NCBI RefSeq assembly: GCF_022045235.1
Contig: NW_027266297.1
Coordinates: 30,194,001-30,258,000, forward strand
Length of the DNA: 64,000 bases
Source: Haliotis cracherodii
Taxonomy: Eukaryota
Reading direction: 5' to 3'
The notes beneath the pieces are model-generated. The model was not told the origin of the DNA, did not search any database, and saw only the letters and a list, made by a program, of their open reading frames with translations. This document shows positions 1-13,100 of this stretch, piece after piece. The position numbers and the translations under genes were made by a program. The stretch's first letter is position 1. Each line of letters begins with the position of its first letter.

Positions 1-298
1 CGGGTTGCTGAAGACCTATTCTACCCAGGATCTCCATGGGTTGAACTGTTTACTGGACATACAGGATGTACTTCAGTGGTCCTTCCCAAATAGTAGGGCT
101 CCTCCATGCAGTGAAAAACTGTATATCTTCAACAACAATATTCAGGCCCAGCTCTATAATATCCCTTAAATGCTTTTATTTACAGTGCATTTCCTTCAAT
201 CTTGACTATATTTCTCCACTATAAAATGAATTAATGTCTGCCAAAATTTAGGAAAACATAGGAAGACGTTAAAATAGGAAACAGGATGTGTCTTTTAC

Positions 299-445
299 CA
301 GGTCCTGTGCTCTCTTGACTGTAGCATTATCAATGCTGCGTGCAGAGATCTTGTTGAGAGGGATGATCGTGTACCGCCGTCGTAGCTCCCCCTTCTGAAG
401 CAGCTTCTTGCCCGTCACCTCCGTGTCCACCACTACATTGTACAG
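299..445 (-). CDS. SMC2: SMC2 coding exon 14
   Basis: [33 protein letters not shown] (hinge). Confidence 0.95.
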
Positions 446-3400
446 CTGCAACACAATAGGCTGTTATCTATCTGAACTTCCTCAGTCTCATCTCCCTTCT
501 ACACAGGCGGAACACTCTGGGGGAGAAGAATGCTGATCACACATTACAATTCATCATCTTCATCCATCTCATCACAGCAGAGTTAGACATGTTCAAATTG
601 TGTAGCATCCCTGGAGATGTTAGCCGTTTCTGCTGGTAAACATGGTTTTTAAATCAATTATACAAATTTTTAATCATTCGTCTAAAGCCTACGTCTAGTA
701 ACATTCTGTCCCATCAAGTAAGCATTGAAACTGTAAGCTCAGCAGATAATTGTCCACAGGATGACACAAAAATCTACCGACAGTGAAGCAAAGAGCCAGT
801 TTTGGGCTAGTAGACACTTTGGTCAGACTGCAAAAATATGTTACTTTTAATGGTGGGGATCCTAAAAATATATATAGAAAACCACAGGGCAAAGTTTGTT
901 TGTTTGATGTTTCAAACGCACTCAGCAATATTCCAGCAATATGACGCGGTCTGTAAATAATCTAGTTTGGACCAGACAATCCAGGGATTGATATTATGAG
1001 CATCGATCCACGCAATTGGGATACGATGACATGTATCAATGAAGTCAGCGAACCTGACGTTAGTCACCTCTTACGACAAGCATTGCCGCCTTTTACAGAA
1101 GCATAGGTTGCTGAAGACCTATTCTACCCCGGATCTTCACGGGTCTTAGGCCAAAGTAACACATGAATCAGTCCTGTCAGCACTCACTCTTGACCCAGCA
1201 GCAACCTCCAGGGCTGTGGCGGTGCGCACTTCCTTCACCTTCACCAGCTTACACACCAAGCCGTGCACCTTAGAACGGTTAAAGTTCTTCTCAGGATCAG
1301 TATACTGGAAGTTGAGCTGTGGAAATCTGGAAATAAAACAGCAAATTACAGATCACATTTTTCATTCAGTTTAAGAAAGAAGCCAGATTAACTTTAACCA
1401 ATTTCTAATCTTTAGAAATAAGTCACACAAGTTTTCCATTTCCAGGTCTAACAATTCTATGAGTCTGTGTAGACAGTTTTTTCTGTATGACATTGCCTAG
1501 CATAGTAGTAAATGATGTTTGTTGTTTAACGCCGCACTCAGCAATACTATATGACAGTGGTCTGTAAATAATCGAGTCTGGACCAGACAATCCAGTGAAA
1601 GACATCACTGGGATACGATCACATGCATCATCAACCAAGTCAGAGAGTCTGACCACCCGATCCCGTTAGTTGCCTCTTATGACAAGCATAGTCACCTTTT
1701 ACAGAAAGCATAGGTTGCTGAAGACCTGTTCTACCCCAGATCTTCACGGATCTAGTAGTTAATGAGAGTTAATCTGTACTGATAAACTTTATTTTGATAT
1801 CCTGACTTGGAAAAATTAACTGCTACATTTATACACTTTGAAAAACAAAACACAAATACATTTATAGTATTACACCAATATTTTCAAAAGTATTGTATTA
1901 CCATTATCACAATACATAACACAGTGTATTCTTCCAGACCTACTAGTGAGTGAGTGAGTATGTTTTTTCGCCGCTATTAGCAATATTCCAGCAATATCAC
2001 GGCGGGGGACACCAGAAATGGGCTTCACACATTGAACCCATGTCTGGAATCGAACCAGGGTCTTCAGCATGACAGGCGAACGCTTTAACCACTAGGCTAC
2101 CCTACCGCCCCTTCAGACCTACTAACATGACTAAACACAGCTAAATCTCTATGTCAGAGCATCCTGCTGGCGGTATGGCGCTTGTTCAAGTATGCGAGTC
2201 AAGTCCTTACCTTGCTTCCAGCGTCTCCACCCTGTCCTGCAGTTTTTGGACATACTGACTGAGACTTCTCCTCTCCCCGAGCAGTTTCTCATCACGACCC
2301 TCCTCAAATCCCAATTTCTTCATCTCAGCCTAAACATGCACACAGTCAACAACCTATTGATTAATATCTTACCTCAACTACGGCTGACATCAATCATAAA
2401 CGTGGAGCCAAATGATTTAGCCATTTCCCCCAGCATAACCATATGATACGGAATACCAGAAATAGGCATAACACATTGTACCCAATTTACCATCAACACA
2501 CTTTTCTCATAATAACAAATACAATTCATATTCACTGAAAAGAAAGAACATGAAGAAAGGAAAATGTAATTTCTAAATTCTAATAACCATTTTTTTCTTG
2601 TTTATTCCATGAAAAAGTAAGGAATACCATTATAAATTAATGGGGTGATGGGTAATAATGGAACTTGAGGCTTTCACCTATAGCACTTGGACCCAGAAAC
2701 CCTCTAAAAGCAACCGGATTTGGGCAGAACGATTTTCCTTTGTAATTTCAACACAGCAACATGAAAACGTACCTGAATCTTGTTCATGCTCTGCTGTACG
2801 GCCTCGTAAGCTGCCTGATCCTTCTTGTATCCCTGCTCCGTCTTCTTCAGCTCAGTCTGCTTCTTCTTCACCTCCTGCTGGGCATGCTTCAGCCTGAAAG
2901 AGTCACACCACATCTTTGATAGGCCATAGTGATTGAGGAAGTGTGGTTTAACACCACTTTGGAGAGTATTTCAGTTATAGCATGGCATGTAGGCTTGATG
3001 TGGGAGAANNNNNNNNNNNNNNNNNNNNNNNNNNNNNNNNNNNNNNNNNNNNNNNNNNNNNNNNNNNNNNNNNNNNNNNNNNNNNNNNNNNNNNNNNNNN
3101 NNNNNNNNNNNNNNNNNNNNNNNNNNNNNNNNNNNNNNNNNNNNNNNNNNNNNNNNNNNNNNNNNNNNNNNNNNNNNNNNNNNNNNNNNNNNNNNNNNNN
3201 NNNNNNNNNNNNNNNNNNNNNNNNNNNNNNNNNNNNNNNNNNNNNNNNNNNNNNNNNNNNNNNNNNNNNNNNNNNNNNNNNNNNNNNNNNNNNNNNNNNN
3301 NNNNNNNNNNNNNNNNNNNNNNNNNNNNNNNNNNNNNNNNNNNNNNNNNNNNNNNNNNNNNNNNNNNNNNNNNNNNNNNNNNNNNNNNNNNNNNNNNNNN

Positions 3401-4080
3401 NNNNNNNNNNNNNNNNNNNNNNNNNNNNNNNNNNNNNNNNNNNNNNNNNNNNNNNNNNNNNNGAGAGGGGAGGATGCAGAGGGAGAAGGGGGAGAGGGAA
3501 GAAGAGAGGGAGAAAGGAAAGGGAGGATTGAGGGAAGGAGGGAGAGGGAGGGAGAGAAGAGAAGGAGGGAGAGAGGGAAGGAGGGGGAGGAGGGAGAGGG
3601 AGAGAGGGAAGGAGAGAGGGAAGGAGGGGGAGGGAGAAGGGGGAGAGGGAAGGAGAGAGGGAGAAAGGAAAGGGAGGAGACAGGGGAGGGAGAGGGAGAG
3701 AGGGAAGGAGGGAGGGGGAGAGGGAAGGAGAGAGGGAGAAAGGAAAGGGAGGAGAGAGGGAGAGGGAAGGNNNNNNNNNNNNNNNNNNNNNNNNNNNNNN
3801 NNNNNNNNNNNNNNNNNNNNNNNNNNNNNNNNNNNNNNNNNNNNNNNNNNNNNNNNNNNNNNNNNNNNNNNNNNNNNNNNNNNNNNNNNNNNNNNNNNNN
3901 NNNNNNNNNNNNNNNNNNNNNNNNNNNNNNNNNNNNNNNNNNNNNNNNNNNNNNNNNNNNNNNNNNNNNNNNNNNNNNNNNNNNNNNNNNNNNNNNNNNN
4001 NNNNNNNNNNNNGAGAAAGGAAAGGGAGGAGAGAGGGAGAAGGAGGGAGGGGGAAAGGGAGAAGGAGGGAGAGAGGGCAA

Positions 4081-4139
<59 letters not shown>

Positions 4140-7100
4140 CTGAAATAAGGATTGGGTGATTACACTCTGAGAAATACCAAGGCTGCATTGATTGTTGACA
4201 GTGTTATCAAAAGTGATTATGCCAGTCCAAACTCACCAATGTAGATGCAACTGTATATAGCTGAATGTACATAAACATCTATCACTCTTTCTCATCTATA
4301 ACTAGGTTTAGTAGTTATTACACTTACTTCATCTGGGCTTGTTTAGTCTCGGTTTCAGCAGTGCTGATTTCACTCTTTGCAGCTGTAAAAAAATATTGCA
4401 TAATCATCACAACAGTGCACAAAGGAATGATATATACAGAGATTTCCATGAACAAATATTGCATACATGAAGACAGCAAAGTGTACATTTGAGACAGTAA
4501 ATGAAGCCTTACTCATGAGCTGGTCATTCAGCGTGGCATCCTCTCCGTCCGTGTTGCTGGAGAGACCAGCGCTGACAGCGTGGAAGTGTTTCTGGGCTGC
4601 TACATGAGCTTCATGATCAGTTTCACTCTGCTCCTTCAACTTGTCCAGGTCTTTGCTCAGTTTGTCAAGATCCTTGTCCCGAGCTGCCAACGCCTTCTTG
4701 TTCTAAATTAAGGAAAATATACACCATGTTTACCTTATGCAAGAAGTGAAAGAGTATTTCTGATCTATCACGTCATGCCAACTTGATGTGGGAGGAAAGT
4801 CGGAAGACGCTAAATTCTTTGATGAAACCCACAAGCGTGACTATGGTGTTGTCAAAGCTAGAAAAATAATCAGGACTAACAGCGAACATCTCTGCACAGC
4901 AAACTAAGGCAGCTTAGATGCCTTTTGTGAGGAAGATAAGGCTTGTTGCCTATTTTGATTTGCTGAGTTAATCCAATGAATAGATGAATGTTGCCTGGAC
5001 CCATCCTCCAGTTACCTCCCTTTTCTTTTTCCTAATGTTAATGTGAAAATCAAGGGCAGGTAATGTGAGATTACAAGAACCACGGAAATGGATCCAGTGG
5101 ATAGTGTAGGTTTCCCGAAATGCTAGCCTGGGTGATATAGAGGAAGGTCGGGACCAAGCAAACCACTAAGGCATGAGCAACAACTCACTTAGCATGAAAA
5201 CTCACTTAGCCACAAACATGAGGTACCAGAGACCTGATCAAATCCCCCAAACAAGAAGTTAAGAACACTATTTGTTTAAAACCAATGCATATGAAAAAGT
5301 ATTTGATGCACAAATTAGTCAAGTACAGACATTACAAAGGCTCTTATTTCAGTTAATTCTGCAGCTTACTGGAGAATTTACTAAAAAAAACTGTTTCCAA
5401 GTAACCGTTTAAACTGATTGAGTTTTCATCAGTATTATAATGGAACAGTCTGATGTTTCCAACTTACATCGTCACAGTTCTTGTTGAGTTCCTTTTTCTT
5501 CTTCTGTTCAGCCTTGATGGATTCCTTCTTGTTGTCCACAGAGCTCTGAGCCAGGGCGTCCATCTTCTGCCTACTGGCTAGTTTCTCCTCCAATTTCTCC
5601 ATCACATGGCCAGACTCCTAAAGACAGGAGGCACACATATATGGGGGTGAAAACATGTAGTTTTGCCATGTGCCATAGTTTTGATACATTATGATGACCA
5701 CCACCACCTTGGCACAATGAAAATACTGGGCTTTAGTCTAATGCTATTTCTGAATTTCAAGAGATTACTGAAAACACAGTGCAGGGTTAGAAATTAACAC
5801 ACCAACTAGACCGAGGCTAGTACAAATTCCTGCGGGCTGGTACAAATTTCCCTATTGTTTAACATTACAAGGGCCTTTTAATTTACCCAGGCTAATATAA
5901 AGACATTTGGGCTCCAAGGGCTTCATGACAATCACCAGGGATTTGATAGTTATTGTTAGTACCTCTGATACAAAACACTGATATAAACTTGGGGTTGGGA
6001 GGGACCTGAGATTGTAGTTTGATGGTTTCAAGACTCATCATTTTTTGCGAGGGAACTCAATTTCCTGAGACATACATTTTTTAAGCCCTCCCCCCTCCCA
6101 TCTGTTACACCTTCAAAGGACATACCTACATCAACATAGCTGCAAATTGGATGTTCGTCCTTGAGCCACTTTCATCAATATTCGACTTCCAATACTGCTG
6201 CTGCTACTACTATTACAGCGAATATCAGTTTTATTCATCCAGAACTATTGACACACAAACCTCATCTCTCTTCTTTTCCAACTCTGCAATTTCTTTATCC
6301 AATTCCTTCACTTTGTTCTCAGTCTGAAAATGAAAATGTCAAGATAGAGCTGATCAATGAGCTTGACACTTACAGACAAAAGCCAATTATCACTGCAATA
6401 AATACATGTATCAAAATTAAAACTACCATAATCATGATATACTAGCCATTACTCAGTATTAAATTTTCTCTACTATCCAATAAGGTACTTATATCTCCAC
6501 TGTTCTTCAGAAGGAGTTACACGTGTTCGGCACAAGACCAAAGGTCAAGGACTGTACAAAGGTCAAGGAGTGTACATGAACATTCAGCTCGTAAAAGCAC
6601 CACATACCCTGCTAGGGCATAAGTGATCAATGTATATTTCTGTGACCACCATTGGGCTTTCTGTAACTCGAAACACAAACAGGATCAGTTCATGTGACAA
6701 GCAAGTGGCATCACATGAAACATGATCAGACCCATGAAGATCCGGGGTAGAATAGGTCTTCAGCAACCCATGCTTGCCGTAAAAAGTGACTGTGCTTGTC
6801 GTAAGAGGTGATTAACGGGATCAGGTTGTCAGGCTCGCTGACTTGGTTGATGCATGTCATTGTATCACAATTGTGTGGATTAATGCTCATGATGTCAATC
6901 ACTGGATTGTCTGAACCAGACTTGATCATTTACAGACCGCCGTCCTATAGCTCGAATATTGCTGAGTGTGGTGTTAAACAAAAATAACCAAACATCATGA
7001 CATCTGTACAGGCTAGAAAACAGACGTGTGTAGGTTATTGCAAGACAGCAACTGGTCCATCGCAAAGTTAGGTGCTTTAACAAGTACTGAAAAAGACATA

Positions 7101-10100
7101 AAGTGAAATCTGAAAGGTATATTCAACCTTTATGTTATTGACAAATATTTCATATTTAGTATACCTCAACAATTTTATCTTTGGAAGTTTTAATCAGCTC
7201 CAGCATTTCTTCCAGCTCTTCAGAAGATTTCTTTTTTCGACCCTGAAAATCGGAAAATCAGAGAATTAACAAAATTACATCATGCAGTCGGTAGGAAACC
7301 AACAGACAAATCTGAGCATTAATTTCAGTTCAAAATTTTAATGATCTATTTCTAACCTGAACACTTGTTCCAAATACTGTATACCTAGTACTCATATTCT
7401 GTGGCACAACACTTTGAAAGTCTCCATACATGTTAGTGGACTATTGGAGGAATAAATACTGACCTTAATGTAGACATAATATCTTTAGGGAATGTTTCTC
7501 CAGATAGTGATGCAAAAAATGTTTGCTATATATACTCACTACCAAAAGAAACAAGAAAGCTCACTTCCAAAAGAAATATGAACCATAGAAACATATTGGA
7601 GAAATATGAAAGTTAAGAAGAGATGTTTCCACTATGTACCAAATAATGACAAAACTAACAATCAGTTAAGTGTTACCACAGAATGTCTTTATTGTTATCA
7701 CGATATGCTGCACATGATTTCTGAACAGTTCACACAAATCCCCCATGAAACAAATGGTGCATCTTTATTCCGTCACATATAATATTGGGTGTCATATCTT
7801 GTAAATGTAACTGCAAATTTGTTGCAGCAGAAATAATACACAATTCCAAAACATATCAGAATATAAGATCGATTCACAATATTGCCACAAATTAAATGTT
7901 TATCATGTTTATTAATTGGTGAAAGGGTAATGAATTGGGATGATTATCCTACCTCAGCACACACAAACTGGTAAGCGACATACAGCTTGTTGAGATGCTC
8001 CAGCTCTCTGACAATCTTCTGGTACTCCAGGTAGGACGACCTTTCATCCTTCAATTTGGCCAGGGTGGGAGTTATGTCCTCTTTCAGCACCTAGTACAAA
8101 TCAAGGTTTTTTTTAGATAGGTACCACATTTAATTGTGAGATTTGTTTCTGTTTCTTTGTTGTTAAACACCGCACTCAGCAATATTCCAGCTACATAACG
8201 GCGGTCTGTAAACGATCGAGTCTGGACCAGACAATCCAGTGATTGACATCATGAGCATCGATACACTCAATTGGCATACGATGACATGCATCAACCAAGT
8301 CAGTGATCATGACCACTTGATCCCATTGGTCGCCATATACGACAAGCATGGGTTGCTGAGGACCTTTTCTACCTTGGACCTTCACTGGTTACATAATGTG
8401 ATGCAGGTCACAAACGTATACCACCTTGGTGAAACGCACGGGCATGGTGCTGACAAACCTAGACCCATAAGTGGGGATAACGAGGATAATAGGTTTCTGA
8501 CACACCAAGGGGAACAACCCTGAATAGTGAATTGTGGCGCCTCAGATGACTGGGCCACCCGAGCCCCAGAGTTTGAGCGTGAGTGAAGTTGTAGCCAGTG
8601 TTGACAGTATTTCAGTTATATCATGGTGTGTCAGCTTGATGTGGGAAGTAGGTCATAGATGTTTACCGCTTTGGTGAAAACCTGATATGGGAATGCTGCT
8701 GACAAACCTAGAAACATTATCAGGGCGAAAATGTGACTTGAATCAACGGTCATAGGTTTCTGGCATGCCTGCAGGATGCAACACTCCTCAGTGAATTACA
8801 ATACCTGAAAAGACTGGGCCACTGTGACAACCCCATTTCAGTAGTAATTATCATGAGGCCTGCATTCATGTATTGAGTATCATGTAACTCATACAACAGT
8901 ACTTGAATCTGCTGACCAGCAAAAAGTGACAAGGGCAGTAACCCCTTGGATCTCACTGGCATTCTTGTCATTCCCTGGTATCCAGGCTAATTTACATCTA
9001 TTCAAAGAATTAATCCTCTTCAACACTCATCAGCTTGGTGTACTTGTAACAAAGCTAATGTTTAGGTTGACATTAATTCCATAAATAAAACCAACAGACA
9101 TTCTGAATGTGAATTTGCAGATGAGCCAAAAGGAACTTACAGCATCAATTTCTCTAAGCTTGGCATCTTTCTTCTCAATTGTCTTCTGAGCAGATTCTTT
9201 CTTTGTCTCATAAAGTCTGGTGCCTGCAGCCTCCTCGATCATTGAGAGGATCTGAAAACACACAATATTATCTGGTACTAACACAAAAAGAAAATTGAAA
9301 ATTTTACAACAAATTGTATACTTATATATTTGTCCTATCCTGAACTATGCATTTCTCATTCTTCTTTTGGGACGGTCGGGTAGCCTAGTGGTTAAAGCGT
9401 TCGCTCGTCACGCCGAAGACCCGGGTTCGATTCCAGACAAGGGTATAATGTGTGAAGCCCATTTCTGGTGTCCCCTGCCGTGATATTGCTGGAATATTGC
9501 TAAAAGCGGCGTAAAACCATACTCACTCACTCACTCATTCTTCTTTTGATCCTAAGTGAACATGTGTTTAAACAAAGGTTTCTGGGTTCTAAAAAAAAAC
9601 AATTCACCCTAACATCTTCGCATCACCATGGTCACCTCCCAACAATCTGGGTCATGCATGCTTTTCATGCCGAGCAACCTACACACATTGAACATGTGGT
9701 TTCTCCAGCCAACTCATTCTCTTTCTAGAGCTATTAGGCTACAGGAAATATGATGCCGGGATGGACAGGTGGGCATATGGCATGTGAGATAAGATAAATA
9801 TATAAATATACAATTCATTATAAAATTTACAAATTTAGAAAAAAGTTATCCTATCTCACACTATGCATTTATCCTTTGGTTGGATGGTAGGGCGCAAATC
9901 CCTTACCTCTAAAGGCAACAACCGCGAGATATTCACAAAGAAGCTGGTGCTATATAGTGATACAGAACAAATAGAGAATCACACCCGAGTGTTGATGTTG
10001 ATGGTAACCAATGGTATCCAATGATGTCACAATGGTCTGCAAAGCAATGTAATGCAATTTCATTGAAGCGATATCTACACTGTAGATATCGCTCGATCTC

Positions 10101-13100
10101 ATCCAAGCGATATCTCCTGTGGGAGCCAGTTTTGGATGATACCTTTATATAACACTGTCTAGTGTCATAAAGAGAATACTTTGGATAGGAAGAAACACGA
10201 CCCTGATACGTGAAACACATGAGATCGGGAACATGTGAACATGGTGAAACGTGTTCATACGTAGAGGAGTGTAATTGTAAAGCCACACAATACAATGAAC
10301 GACTTATCATCGATTTGAAAATGGAATCCTGCCAATCAAAACTACAACACAGGGGTATTACTCACTCCCATGGATGAGAGGACAAGCCAGTTTAGCATCT
10401 CTTTTAACTCATCGTCAAAGCCATCAATCACGCCTCAGGGATTGAAACGATAGGTTAAGACAAGAAGAGGACCATCAACCACATCCACTAAAGGATCATT
10501 GAAGCAATACCCAACAACACATGCACATGGCAGAAGTGAGCATAATAAAGGATCAGGACACAGGAACCTGGCTGGGACTGATAAACTCAAAGCAAAGGTA
10601 TATTTAAAGAGAAAACACGAAGTAGAAGGAACTGGATCCGGTCCATGCCTCACTCTACCTGCGCAGATGTGTCCTGGAAAGAACCAAGGACCCAAATTGA
10701 TGCAGATGTTGGATGTCAGTAACAGAGATGTCTCAGAGGTAGAGGGATGCAAAAACTGTGTCGGATTTCCAAAAACATCCATCCATAATTGCAGCCAAAG
10801 AGCAATTACTGTGTAAAGCTACAGCAGAGGTGGCAACACAAGTTTCATGAGCATAAGTACATAAGCCCGGAGAATAACCAAACGAATCCAAAAAGAAATT
10901 GGGTTGAACGCCGCTTTTACAGTATTCCAGTTATATCGCGGCATGTCAGCTTAATGTGGGAGGAAAGCCCTAAGTGATTCAGGTCTCGGACGTTTACCAC
11001 TTCGGTGAAACACACGAGCATGGGTATGGTGCTGACAAACCTAGAAACATAATCGGGGCGAACCGGGATTCGAACCCACAATCATAGGTTTCTGGCGTGC
11101 CCAAGGGACGCAACTCTGCACAGCGAATGGTGGCGCCTGAGACGACTGGGCCACCCGTGCCCCCAAAGAAATTGTGGTACGGGAGACTTCCGTAACAGCT
11201 GGCAGAGAAAGCAGAATACACAGCCACTTGCCGGGGAACACTGAAGAGGTTTCATCGCATCAAGGTAGATCCAAAGCCCACGTACTAGACGTAAGGAAAC
11301 ATCTTTAATATCTTCAGGATTCAAGATAGACATCAATGGCGGGATAGTGAATAACCAGGTTGTGCAGGAAGTTGAATTTGGCCATTATGTCCCATCGCAA
11401 GCCCAGAAAACTTTCCCGTGCAGAGCATGTTCGAAGCAAACTCTGTTGACATCTAAGGCATGAATCTCACTCACTCAAGCAGCAGTAGCAAGATCTAAAA
11501 GAAAGACTTTTTAAACGTGATATGTTTGAATCAGCCAAAGGTAAATGATGAGGTATGATGTTCAGATCCAAGTTCAGTGGTTACAAACGAGATAACTGGT
11601 CCTCCAACCTTTAAGACTGAATTAGGAATTGCAGTCCCAAAACAATAGAGACCTTTGCGTCCATTGAAGTAACGACAACGGAGATTATTGCAGCAAGATA
11701 CGAAGCTAAGGTAGAACCCTGACAACAACAGATGAAGGAGCTTTTCAGCACTTTGCTGTGGATAAGCAGTAATGGGTGCAGAAATATGGAGAAGGATTCC
11801 ATGGAAAACCGCTGCATAGATGATTGTAGTCACAAGATGGAGAGCAATCACGCATGTAAGGATCAAAATAACTGTTAGAAGAGGAGTGACTCAGGTTCGG
11901 CAAGTGTCCCCAAGAGCCAGTATACAACTCATCCTCATAGATGTTAAGTGAAGGAGACCAGTTCCTGATTACTGATCCATAAAAAAATGTGTCTATTCAT
12001 GGATGAATGTTGAACCTTGGGAGAACGTCTATCCTTAGAGTTGCGTCAATCTTTGGAGGAGTGACAATCCTGGGATGTTCGTCGATCCTTAGACTTAGAG
12101 GTTTGTCGAACCTTGGAAATATAGTGATGCCTATCTTTGGAGGCATGCTGATCCTGAGAGGTATGTCGAACCTTGCAGGTGCATCGATCTGAGGAAGATT
12201 CCTAATCCTTGGGAGGTTTGTCAAGCAATAGGATCGCTGAACCTTCAAAGTCGATTCGTATTGGAAGACCCTTGATCCGAAAGTGAAGGGTGAGCTTTGG
12301 AGTAGAGCTTATCCGTAGACACTTGAACTTCCAAATCATGATCAGAAGATTGTTGAACGTGGGTACACCGATCCAGTGAACCAGACTCACATGAGTGATC
12401 CAGAGAAAAATCTGACAAGCCTGAGCAGCGATCCTGCGACCTACGCCGCACGGGGGGGGTCTGGAATATCAAGAGGTAGACTGTGAGCGAGAAGAAACAA
12501 CCTTATATTGATTTGAAGGAGCAGACTAGCAGCAACTGCGGATGGTGCACCCTGCAAACTGCAACCATGGAGATGCCAATAAAAGGAAAACTCTTGTCGG
12601 TATCAACAACAGTAAGCAAGGTCGGTGAAGGTCTATTGTAGACCTCTTGGAAAAAGAGAGAGCGACCGAATGTGAAGAAAAAGCAGAGGCGGTCGAATTC
12701 AGTATGCCATCATCCTCAACTGAGTGTAGGAAGAGAGAGGGTGCGAGATCCACCAACTGCAGGAGTTGTGGGACACTTGGTTGATTTCTTTGACTTTTCA
12801 GTAGGTGTTTTCTTTGACTTGGACAATTTCTCTGATTCCTTGGATTTAGAAAGGTGATCCAATTCTCTGCGGCAACACTTGTGTTTAAGTAAATGCTGGA
12901 AGAGTTGTTAGGCAGGTCAACACATTGTTGACATCACATAGAGGAACTGCAACTCCCCCGACAATTGGAGCAAAGACCATGCAGGTTAGATGGGGGGGAA
13001 AAAAGCCAGTAATTTAAAAAGGCAGGTTTATGTGACCTGAGTTCGTCTGTGTAGGCAAGGGCGAACTCAGAGTGTCAACCTCTCTGTTGACCTGGGAAGA

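Noticed and set aside
2929-4188. Long ORFs of 200-405 aa
   Set aside because: Artefacts of N gaps and the GA-rich tract; the same applies to the X-filled ORFs at 45.8-46.4, 52.0-52.4 and 61.4-63.6 kb.
9370-9440. Functional tRNA-Asp genes
   Set aside because: tRNA-like heads run into a shared SINE body and tail, carry TSDs and lack an intact acceptor stem.
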